Source of the DNA: Candidatus Enterousia sp.
GTDB taxonomy: Bacteria > Pseudomonadota > Alphaproteobacteria > Rs-D84
Reading direction: 5' to 3'
Assembly (NCBI GenBank): GCA_045613785.1
Contig: JAZLBQ010000004.1
Location: 32,001-96,000 of the forward strand
Length of the DNA: 64,000 nucleotides
In this document: positions 1 through 8,350 of the stretch, one piece after another
Layout: the number at the start of each line of letters is the position of its first letter
Numbering within the stretch: position 1 is the stretch's first letter
Notes under the pieces: generated by a model
The model's input: the letters and a program-made list of their open reading frames with translations, nothing else
What the model was told of the DNA's origin: nothing
The model's database searches: none
Translations under genes and position numbers: made by a program

Positions 1-785
1 AATTGTCCAATACCAATTGTCTTACCCAGTCCGCCAATCCAACCTGGCACATTATCTGCCCCTTTGAATGAATACAGTGCTAATGATAATGGGAAAAAGA
101 ACGCAAAAAACACCATTGCAATAATAATGTCTGCAAAATAGCAACAAAATCTGAAAAACATCTTAAAGAAATACCACGACAAATATGCCCCGATAACAAA
201 CAAGATAATGTGTTTTATTAAACTGCCAACACCCAACAGAGCCTTCCATGAAAAAGCCGAATCCATAACTGCAATCCCCAGTTTTATATACGCCTGGAAT
301 TGTGTAATTGTTGTTTTCATCAGCATAATAATTTTATCACGCAGTTCTGGTCGATAAAAACCATCGTCTGACATTTTCATAGGTTTATATGTAATTTTTT
401 CTGCAACCTGTTCCTGATCCAGATTTATCATTGCCTGGGTATATGTTGTTGCGATTTGTGCTGCAGGTTCAAAAGTAACAGATGTTATAAATCGTGGCAG
501 TGTAACCCCCATACCCAAGAATCCGATACACACAATAGCGTTGATAAAAACCTTTTGCACAGATTTTGTATAAAGTGGGTCTTTTCCGCCGTCCTTGATA
601 TTTTTCCAAACTGCGTTTAATACAAAGAAGGCAAACAGCACACAGAATAAAACGGTGCATACAAACGCAAACTGGTTATAAACATTGGCGGCTGCGTCAG
701 ATACAATCTGAAACAGTCTGTCAAATATCTCGCAGCCCCAACACTGCACAGTATTATCGACCAAGTTCCCCAACCAGTTATTCAT
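1..785 (-). CDS. VirB6/TrbL-like polytopic membrane protein (partial, runs off the window start; not in ORF track)
   Basis: Hand translation from ATG at 785: MNNWLGNLVDNTVQCWGCEIFDRLFQIV...LPRFITSVTFEP...IIIAMVFFAFFFPLSLALYSFKG; open to base 1; shares CWxC, LPR...EP and P-x-x-L...FKG motifs with 2131..3420. Confidence 0.6.
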   Translation of the reverse strand, partial: MNNWLGNLVDNTVQCWGCEIFDRLFQIVSDAAANVYNQFAFVCTVLFCVLFAFFVLNAVWKNIKDGGKDPLYTKSVQKVFINAIVCIGFLGMGVTLPRFITSVTFEPAAQIATTYTQAMINLDQEQVAEKITYKPMKMSDDGFYRPELRDKIIMLMKTTITQFQAYIKLGIAVMDSAFSWKALLGVGSLIKHIILFVIGAYLSWYFFKMFFRFCCYFADIIIAMVFFAFFFPLSLALYSFKGADNVPGWIGGLGKTIGIGQ

Positions 786-792
786 TGTTTAC

Positions 793-2061
793 TTATTTTC
801 CTTTTATCCAACCAGCAGCCTTGCCGATAGATGTTCCCCATTTTTTTGCACCTGCCCACAGTGTTTTAGAATCAGACTTTACACTGTTATACAGTCCGTC
901 CATTCCTCCACCGATATACTTTTTCAGTTGCTTTTGTGTGATGTCATAAATCTTAAAGAACAAATAGAACGTCAATATTGCCGACATCCAGGTTACAGAG
1001 TGTTCACCAAATCCCATTGCACCTGTTCCGACTGTTGGGACATTACTGGTTGCAACGCCACCGGCTGCCACGACAAAAACCGAAGAATTCCAATTAAACA
1101 ATGCCTGAATAATAGCCAGGTTTACACACAGCATAAAAGCACATGCAATCATAGTAACAATCAGTTGTTGCAACGCTTTGGTTATACCGCCAAACGCAGG
1201 CCACACGTCCAGCCATTTGTCGCTAGATTTGAATACGTATGTCAGCACAAAGAACGGATATAAAATCAACTGCATACCAATGTTAAATATTCCCTGGATG
1301 ATCAGCAGTGCCATAAACAAATTACTGCCAACAAAAGTAGTAATTAAAATCAGACCGGTTATCACGTTCAAGAAATCTTCGCCCCCATGTGGCACCAGTG
1401 TAATCAGTCCCAACAAACCGCTGGTCAGCGAATCGAAACCACGCTTGATAATTTGGTTGTTTGCATTTGACAAATCAGACACAGGCTGGATTAAAAAATT
1501 GCATGAATCTTCGGAAATCCAGGCTTTTTCAATAATCTCTGGTGGGCATTTTATTTCTGGGCCTTTCATTCCTGGCTGATTGATTGTTTCTGTCAGTGCG
1601 TTTGTATAAATTGATCCTAACTGTAAAAAAGGATTTATCAGCCATTCTGTTAAAAACACAGGTTTAATCTGCAGCAGTAATACTGTTGCGACAATAGCAC
1701 GAAAGCCTGGCTTCATAACATTTTCAATAATTTTTGTTCCTGTGATTTTTCCACTTTCGATTTCGCCACCGCCCGACAGCCCCAGCAATCCCGCCCAAGC
1801 TTTTGGCATATACATTTTTGCCAATGTCAATGCGATGGTCAGTCCCAAAAACATCCAAACCAAGATATATATAATCCCGTCGCCATTTCCGACAAAAAAT
1901 TCATATGTTCCTGTAGCAACCATCATAAAAGCGTCCAACACCATCGGAACAAATGGTGCCAGGTTTAGTGCGTCGATTATATCACCTGCAAATGCTGACC
2001 CAGGCGTGCAAAACACCCCTGCAAAAACACAAACCCAGAATAGTTTTTTTAATATATACAT
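793..2061 (-). CDS. VirB6/TrbL-like polytopic membrane protein with signal-like N-terminus
   Basis: 422 aa, several TM segments, periplasmic Cys pair, segment IGMQLILYPFFVLTYVFKSSDKWLDVW resembling the TrbL/VirB6 core. Confidence 0.6.
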   Translation of the reverse strand: MYILKKLFWVCVFAGVFCTPGSAFAGDIIDALNLAPFVPMVLDAFMMVATGTYEFFVGNGDGIIYILVWMFLGLTIALTLAKMYMPKAWAGLLGLSGGGEIESGKITGTKIIENVMKPGFRAIVATVLLLQIKPVFLTEWLINPFLQLGSIYTNALTETINQPGMKGPEIKCPPEIIEKAWISEDSCNFLIQPVSDLSNANNQIIKRGFDSLTSGLLGLITLVPHGGEDFLNVITGLILITTFVGSNLFMALLIIQGIFNIGMQLILYPFFVLTYVFKSSDKWLDVWPAFGGITKALQQLIVTMIACAFMLCVNLAIIQALFNWNSSVFVVAAGGVATSNVPTVGTGAMGFGEHSVTWMSAILTFYLFFKIYDITQKQLKKYIGGGMDGLYNSVKSDSKTLWAGAKKWGTSIGKAAGWIKGK

Positions 2062-2130
2062 TCTCTATAATTTATATTTATTATTTCAATTATATCACAA
2101 ATGGGACAAAATGTGATATACTTAAAAGCA

Positions 2131-3420
2131 ATGAATCGTATAAAAAAATTTTGGATTACATTTTTATCATTCTTGCCATTTACGGCGGGTGCGGTTGCAC
2201 CGTTTGTTGTTGGTGGTATTGCAGGTGTTGGTGTTCTTGCTGGTTTTGCGATTTATCGTAGCACTGTTCCTGTTGATATGTCCAGTGCATATCAGTTCTT
2301 TTCCAGTTGTTGGACGTGCAGTATGTTTTCTGACATTATGGCAACAATGTCGAATTTGTTGCCCAAGGTTTATCATTCATTAGGTGGTGTGATTATTCCG
2401 TTTGCGATAATTTTGTCTGCTACTTGGTTTGCCTGGAAGTTGCTTGATGGTTTTATGAATCAGAAAATCCAAGGGCCTTGGTCAATTGCAAACACATTTA
2501 CGACACATTTGTTTAAACTGGGGGTTGTTGCTGCATTATTGGTTGCACCATTGCCACGAATGATATCTGAAATTGCGATAGAGCCAGTATTTAACATAGG
2601 TTTGTCGCTAAACAGGTCGATTGTTCACGAAGATGGCTTTGATGCATGTGTTGTTGCGACGGCTTTGGCAGATTCGACATCAATAGATGCTGCTGCGTCA
2701 AATTCTGGGGCTTTTTCACCGAAGTTGCGTCATAACCTGGCATGTGAATTGTCTGGTGTTCATCAGATGACAGGTTTGGGTATGACGGTTGGTTGGACGA
2801 TGTTGAATATGGCGTTTGATACGGACTATATGCATACGATTATGTGGGGAATTCCAATCTTTCCAAATGTCATAATGTTTTTTGCAGGACTTGCAATACT
2901 GGTCTTGTTCTTTATGGCATTGTTGCCGATACCGTTGTATTTCTTGGAAATCTTTATAACCCTGGCGATGGATTTAGTAATGTTGCCGCTGATGTTGCTG
3001 GCGTGGTTGTTCAAGGGCTGGAAAATATCACTTGCTGGGGCAGGTAATACGATTCGTGGAATAATTGATTATGTTATATCTGCAACACTTGGTCTGGCGA
3101 TAACAGGTGTATTTGTGGCATTTGCGATAATGTTCCTGAATGCGATATTTGGTGATTGGGCAGGTGCGCCTGCATTGGCGACAGCATTGACACAAAACGA
3201 TTCGAAATTTTTGATGGATGCCTTGATGATGCGTAATGACAGCCTGGTAACAATAATCTTGATGGGGATATTTATTGCGATGTTTATGACGCTGATTCCT
3301 GCACTTGCAAAGAGTTTATTTAACGTTCAGATATCCACAGACTTCTATGATACGACAAAAAAGAACATAGATATTGTGTGGCAAAACCTTAAAAAATGGT
3401 ATGAGACAATGAAAAAATAA
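2131..3420 (+). CDS. VirB6/TrbL-like polytopic membrane protein
   Basis: Likely start MNRIKK at 2131 (ORF track starts at 2101); CWTC motif, multiple TMs, LAMDLVMLPLMLLAWLFKGW core; paralogous to the two divergent genes. Confidence 0.6.
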   Translation: MNRIKKFWITFLSFLPFTAGAVAPFVVGGIAGVGVLAGFAIYRSTVPVDMSSAYQFFSSCWTCSMFSDIMATMSNLLPKVYHSLGGVIIPFAIILSATWFAWKLLDGFMNQKIQGPWSIANTFTTHLFKLGVVAALLVAPLPRMISEIAIEPVFNIGLSLNRSIVHEDGFDACVVATALADSTSIDAAASNSGAFSPKLRHNLACELSGVHQMTGLGMTVGWTMLNMAFDTDYMHTIMWGIPIFPNVIMFFAGLAILVLFFMALLPIPLYFLEIFITLAMDLVMLPLMLLAWLFKGWKISLAGAGNTIRGIIDYVISATLGLAITGVFVAFAIMFLNAIFGDWAGAPALATALTQNDSKFLMDALMMRNDSLVTIILMGIFIAMFMTLIPALAKSLFNVQISTDFYDTTKKNIDIVWQNLKKWYETMKK

Positions 3421-3488
3421 AAAATCAAGTCCTTTATTTAACCTGACCCCCTTTTTTATAAAATCCGAATCTGATATAATTCATAGCA

Positions 3489-3998
3489 ATGACAAAGTTT
3501 CCGATTCTTTACTGGCCACGGCGAACAACTGGGGATAGCGAATACCAGTTGGCACGCAAAGTTATCAATAATTCGACAGGGATAATGCCGGACGTATGCA
3601 CTGATGATATTGACATTGCATCTGTGTTGTCGGCGAATCCTAATGCGGTAATTTACTACCCTGTATTTTGTGGTTCTACCGGTTGGTGGGGCGAGTTATT
3701 GGGTGGTGATGGCATTGTTAGTGACAAACTGATAATATCACCGGAATGCCAGTTGATGGTAATTGAATCCAGCAAAACGGCACGTCCACGTGGGCAGACC
3801 CAATTGTTGGCGGCTGAAATTTATCCGACCAGTGGCTTTTTCAAACAGATGAATTCGACGATTGCGACTGTTGCGGATATGTTGGCGACGGACTCTGGCA
3901 CAATATTGGCACTTTTTTCTGGTCGTAATCAGAATCAGTTTATAAATGTTCTGGAATCGACGGGAAATTCGTATCTTGGGTGTATTGGTCGATATTAA
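3489..3998 (+). CDS. hypothetical protein; weak resemblance to the C-terminal domain of alphaproteobacterial chorismate mutases
   Basis: 169-aa ORF right after a TGnTATAAT box; GWWGELL and terminal YLGCIGRY motifs. Confidence 0.55.
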   Translation: MTKFPILYWPRRTTGDSEYQLARKVINNSTGIMPDVCTDDIDIASVLSANPNAVIYYPVFCGSTGWWGELLGGDGIVSDKLIISPECQLMVIESSKTARPRGQTQLLAAEIYPTSGFFKQMNSTIATVADMLATDSGTILALFSGRNQNQFINVLESTGNSYLGCIGRY

Positions 3999-4073
3999 AG
4001 TGCTATTATCGCTTGATTTTTATAAAAATCCTTGTATAATTCACAGGCTAAAATTTAAACAAAGGTAAATACT

Positions 4074-4286
4074 ATGAAACAAGGGATTCATCCAGAATAC
4101 TATGCGAACAACGTCACACGCACTGACGGTTCTACAATTGTAATCTATTCATCTGTTAAAAAAGACTACATCTTGTCAACAGATAACTTGAACCATTCTG
4201 CATGGACTGGTCAGCGTTCAAACGCTGGTGAAAAGGGTCAACGTGCAGCGGAATTCAAAACAAAATTTGCTGGCTTTAATTTCTAA
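4074..4286 (+). CDS. rpmE: 50S ribosomal protein L31 (Cys-free form)
   Basis: MKQGIHPEY...NHSAWTG...FKTKF; SD AAGG; upstream TTGATT..TATAAT promoter. Confidence 0.95.
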   Translation: MKQGIHPEYYANNVTRTDGSTIVIYSSVKKDYILSTDNLNHSAWTGQRSNAGEKGQRAAEFKTKFAGFNF

Positions 4287-4337
4287 GATTAAACCAAGAA
4301 AACTGAACATAACATATGCTTGACGGGGGACGGCAAG

Positions 4338-5042
4338 ATGGAATTGTTGATAAAAGGTTCAATAGAGTTAAATAAAATGTTTGCTGCATTACAGCGAACA
4401 GGTGCATCATTGCGTCGTGATTTTGGCGAAGTTGAAAACCTGCAACAATCATTACGCAGTGCACACGATTTTGTGCAAAAGGCGTCTGCCCGTATCGAAG
4501 AAAGCATATTAAAAGACTTGTTGTTGGTTCGTCCATCTGCGGGTTTGTTGACATCAAACGCTGTCCACGAAGGCGACGGTCGTGACGAGTTTGTCTTGGC
4601 ATTGTCTGGGGCGTCAAATTTTGTTCGTGGTAATCCGCACTTTGCGATTTCGTTGGCATTGCGTTCAAATGATGAAACAAAAATCGCTTTGATTTATTCG
4701 CCAATCGATGAACGCTTATATTATGCAGAGGCTGAACGTGGTGCATACGTATTTTCAGCATATCATTCTGCACGTTTGAAAACGTCCAAGTTGTCTGACA
4801 CTGACCAGTTGACAGTTGCGTATAATACATCGGATTCACGTCCTGAAATTGGTGATGTCCGTCGCACAGGCTGTCCTGCGTTGGATTTGGCGTGGGTTGC
4901 GGCTGGTAAATTTGATGCGTTTGTATCGGATGTTCTAAATTATGCAGAAATTGCAGCAGGTGATCTTATTGTGCGTGAGGCTGGCGGTCATATTGATGTG
5001 ATGGAAGATTTGATTGCTACAAACGGCAAGGTTCAGTTATAA
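4338..5042 (+). CDS. suhB: SuhB/inositol monophosphatase-family protein with degenerate catalytic motifs
   Basis: LRRDFGEVENLQ, NFVRGNPHFAISLAL, RRTGCPALDLAWVAAGKFDAF, IAAGDLIVREAGG; start 4338 (ATG) or 4320 (TTG) uncertain. Confidence 0.85.
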   Translation: MELLIKGSIELNKMFAALQRTGASLRRDFGEVENLQQSLRSAHDFVQKASARIEESILKDLLLVRPSAGLLTSNAVHEGDGRDEFVLALSGASNFVRGNPHFAISLALRSNDETKIALIYSPIDERLYYAEAERGAYVFSAYHSARLKTSKLSDTDQLTVAYNTSDSRPEIGDVRRTGCPALDLAWVAAGKFDAFVSDVLNYAEIAAGDLIVREAGGHIDVMEDLIATNGKVQL

Positions 5043-5052
5043 AAAAGATATC

Positions 5053-5076
5053 TCCCCCGATTGGGGGATTTTTTTT
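5053..5076 (+). terminator. intrinsic terminator after suhB
   Basis: TCCCCC-GATT-GGGGGA followed by a T-run. Confidence 0.85.
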
Positions 5077-5140
5077 ACGTTATTTTCCACTTGCAGACGA
5101 TTCGTGATTTGTTCTATGATAACAACGGAAGGAAAGGAAA

Positions 5141-6469
5141 ATGCGTCATCTTACATTTGGTATCTTGTCGGTATGTTTGGTATTGCCGACTGCGGCGAAC
5201 GCACGTTTGCCTGTTGTGAATTTATCATCTGGCGGTGTTTCTGCACGCAGTGCATTTGGCGAAGATTTGTCTCAGCCATTAAAAGCAGCCGTTGCAAAAC
5301 CTGTTGCAACACGCACGCGTTCTATTGTTGCACGTTCTGCCAAGCCGGCTGCACCAGTTGCAAAGGCTGTTGAAAAAACGATTGATTCTGGTGCTGCTAT
5401 TGTTGCTGCGGCTGATGTGTTGACGCCACGTCGTCCCAGTAATGATTTGTGGGCACGCCAGGATTTAGCATTGCGTATGCCTGCACCTGATGAGTTTTCT
5501 GTTATTCGTTCCGATTCTGTTTTGCCCGAAGAAAGTCTAGATGGGCGTATTGCTGTAAACGCATTGCAGGTGCCAAATGTGCCTGTTGCCTCAACAACAA
5601 CTGCCGCAGAGCCTGTATCTGATATTGATGCCCAGATTGCACGCTTGGTTGAAATGCAAAAGCGTGCAAATGACAGTGTTCGCACAGTTTCGAATCGTGT
5701 AATTGCTGCACCAATTGCAAGTATTGATGAAAGTGTTCCAGTTCGCTCAGTTGTTCAACCAGAACCTGTGAAAGTTGCAGCGACTGAATCTGTGTCTGAA
5801 TCGAAATCAAACGAATCTGTATCATTGCGTCGTTTGGTTGTTCCGATGAATGACGATGTTGTTGTGCGTAGTGTTGAAAAAACAACCTCACCTCGTATTG
5901 TTGCTGTTCGTGATGATATGACCAAGATGTCGCCAACCGAACTGCGTAAGGCGTTCCGTAAAACGTTCTTGTCTGAAAACAAACATTTGTCCACATATTC
6001 TGTTGATGACAGTTTTGATGTCGTCAGTGATATGTCATCTGGAATCGAAGGGTTCACAGCCGGCCGTGATTTGTCCGAAGGGTCTGGAATTCGTCCGCTG
6101 GAAATCAAAATCAAGTTCCGTAATGCAGATTCTGCACTTTCGCGTGAAAACTATAATTTGCTGACAGAGTATGCGGGCATTGTTGTAAACAAGCCAACCC
6201 GTGCGATTCAGGTTGCGATTCCGCAGTATATGACCAAAAGCAAGGACGAACGTAAACTGGCGGCACGTCGCTTGGCGATTGTAGAACAGGTTTTGACTGA
6301 TAATGGTGTTTCTCAGCATCGTATTGTTCCGGTTTTATCGGCCCGGGACGAACCTGGCTTTGTGTTGCGTATTATTTCCAGCGACCAGTATGAAACCTTA
6401 ACCCAGCAAAAACGTGATATCTTTGGCGATACATTGGATAAAAAGACCTATAAAAGTATGTCGTGGTAA
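5141..6469 (+). CDS. exported protein: signal peptide, Ala/Val/Pro/Ser-rich linker, degenerate OmpA-like C-terminal domain
   Basis: ANA cleavage-like site; IKFRNADSALS...RKLAARRLAIVEQVLTDNGV resembles OmpA_C; SD GGAAAGGA. Confidence 0.6.
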   Translation: MRHLTFGILSVCLVLPTAANARLPVVNLSSGGVSARSAFGEDLSQPLKAAVAKPVATRTRSIVARSAKPAAPVAKAVEKTIDSGAAIVAAADVLTPRRPSNDLWARQDLALRMPAPDEFSVIRSDSVLPEESLDGRIAVNALQVPNVPVASTTTAAEPVSDIDAQIARLVEMQKRANDSVRTVSNRVIAAPIASIDESVPVRSVVQPEPVKVAATESVSESKSNESVSLRRLVVPMNDDVVVRSVEKTTSPRIVAVRDDMTKMSPTELRKAFRKTFLSENKHLSTYSVDDSFDVVSDMSSGIEGFTAGRDLSEGSGIRPLEIKIKFRNADSALSRENYNLLTEYAGIVVNKPTRAIQVAIPQYMTKSKDERKLAARRLAIVEQVLTDNGVSQHRIVPVLSARDEPGFVLRIISSDQYETLTQQKRDIFGDTLDKKTYKSMSW

Positions 6470-7185
6470 GGTTGTTTTGTAAATTTATTGGATTTTTGTT
6501 CCCGCCGGCGTGTCCATTATGTGATACGCCGGTATCAACACATGGTGAACTGTGCGAAACGTGTTGGACGTCAATAAATTGGATTGATGGCTCGCATTGT
6601 GTTAAATGTGGTTATCCGTTTCTGTGTGATATTGATTTTGATGCGGCACCAATGTGCCCGGTGTGTGCTGTGGGTAAAGGTGAGCTGGATTGGATTCGCT
6701 GTGCGTGTGTTTATGATGATGCGTCCAGGGCGGTGGTTTTGCCGTTTAAACATTGTGGGAAAATAAATCATTACCGTTTTATGTCACGTGCAATGATGTG
6801 GGCGTTGCAAGACGTTGACGTTGATGCTGATATTGTTATGCCTGTGCCGCTGGCGAACCGTCGTTTATTTCATCGTGGTTATAATCAGGCCACATTATTG
6901 GCACGCCCAATTGCCCGTGTGTTGGGTGTGCGTATGGATGTAGATTCTGTTCGTCGAAAATTCAGACCTGATATGGGGCATAAAAATTCTTGTCAACGGT
7001 TTCAAAATATTCACGGAGTCTTTTCAGTTGTTCGTCCAGACAAGATTCGTGGTCGTAAAATTTTATTAGTTGATGACGTTATGACAACTGGTGCAACTTT
7101 TTCAGAATTGCGTCGTGTTTTGATGGCAAACGGTGCAGCTGCAGTATATGGGGTAACATTTTGTCGTGTTGTCCGAACTATATAA
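6463..7185 (+). CDS. comF: ComF-family protein (double zinc ribbon + PRTase domain)
   Basis: FPPACPLC, CxxC repeats, PVPL..RRLFHRGYNQA, LVDDVMTTGAT. Confidence 0.93.
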   Translation: MVRLFCKFIGFLFPPACPLCDTPVSTHGELCETCWTSINWIDGSHCVKCGYPFLCDIDFDAAPMCPVCAVGKGELDWIRCACVYDDASRAVVLPFKHCGKINHYRFMSRAMMWALQDVDVDADIVMPVPLANRRLFHRGYNQATLLARPIARVLGVRMDVDSVRRKFRPDMGHKNSCQRFQNIHGVFSVVRPDKIRGRKILLVDDVMTTGATFSELRRVLMANGAAAVYGVTFCRVVRTI

Positions 7186-7588
7186 CCTTTTGTTTGCTTC
7201 CAGTCAGCAAATTCAACATGTTTTGTTCCATTACATTCATATTTTCTTTTGCGGATTGAATATTTGCTGCTTTTTCACGAGCTTTTGTGTCTCGTAATGC
7301 TTCTTCTCGTTTTATAAGAATTGACAGAATGTCTAATAAATCACGCTTAAGTTTTTGCACGGGTTGCAGTATCTTGGGGTGGCGTTCTGTCTTTGAGATT
7401 TGTGTTTCAAAACTGTAGTTGGCAACGGACAACACATATCGCCCAAGTTCATATCCTTCTGTAAACTGCATCAATAAGGTGTTTTCATTGTTTTTTACAA
7501 AATAATCCGTATATCCCCAATTTCGTCTGGCGACGACATCGTTCATATTGATTGTTCGAATAATGACCGCTTTCAGATAATCGTTCAT
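7178..7588 (-). CDS. orphan hypothetical protein, basic C-terminal tail
   Basis: 136-aa ORF with AAGGA SD; ends SKQKVI. Confidence 0.7.
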   Translation of the reverse strand: MNDYLKAVIIRTINMNDVVARRNWGYTDYFVKNNENTLLMQFTEGYELGRYVLSVANYSFETQISKTERHPKILQPVQKLKRDLLDILSILIKREEALRDTKAREKAANIQSAKENMNVMEQNMLNLLTGSKQKVI

Positions 7589-7737
7589 AATTTAAATTCC
7601 TTTGATTTTTTTTATAAAATTTTACTGCAAAAACCTTGTGTGTCAACTATTGCAAATAAAATATTGTAATTCATAAGGCGTTTGTCTAAAATTTAGCTGT
7701 TCCAATATATGTCCAACGAAAGTAAAAAGGAAATATT

Positions 7738-8262
7738 ATGAATATGAAATTTTTTGGTTTTTTTGCGGCGTTGCTTTTGTCATTTGCTGCCAACGCAGCA
7801 ACGCCCTTTGTTGGTCTTTACCAGACGATCGATGATGAAACAAACTATCCTAAATCAATTGTCGCACTGTATGAATACACTGACGAAGAAGATGTAAATT
7901 TAGCGGGGCGTATAGTCGCATTGTATAATACTGATGGCACAATTTCTGAAACATTGGCGAACCCAACACGTATTGCAGACAAGGTTAGTGGCATGCCAAA
8001 GATGGTTGGCTTGGATATAATCTGGGGTATGGAATGGGATAATGACGACGTCAGGTATGAAGATGGTAAAATAATGGATCCAAAATCAGGCAAGGTTTAT
8101 TCGTCTGTTATCTGGCAGGAAACACCTGAAAAATTAAATGTTCGTGGCAAAATAGGTCCGTTTGGTCGCACCCAGAATTGGAATACCTTGGATGCAAATA
8201 AATTGCCGTCTGAATTACAGAATTTGGACACTACAAACTGGAGGCCCGTAATAGAAAAATAA
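7738..8262 (+). CDS. DUF2147-family exported protein
   Basis: Signal peptide; GLYQTIDD, GKIMDPKSGKVY, LNVRGKIGPFGRTQNW. Confidence 0.85.
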   Translation: MNMKFFGFFAALLLSFAANAATPFVGLYQTIDDETNYPKSIVALYEYTDEEDVNLAGRIVALYNTDGTISETLANPTRIADKVSGMPKMVGLDIIWGMEWDNDDVRYEDGKIMDPKSGKVYSSVIWQETPEKLNVRGKIGPFGRTQNWNTLDANKLPSELQNLDTTNWRPVIEK

Positions 8263-8350
8263 ACAACGCCCATTTGGGCGTTTTTCTTGAAATTTGAAAT
8301 AAATCTGATACGATTTCACTCAGATTATATTTTTAGATACAGGACAAAAA

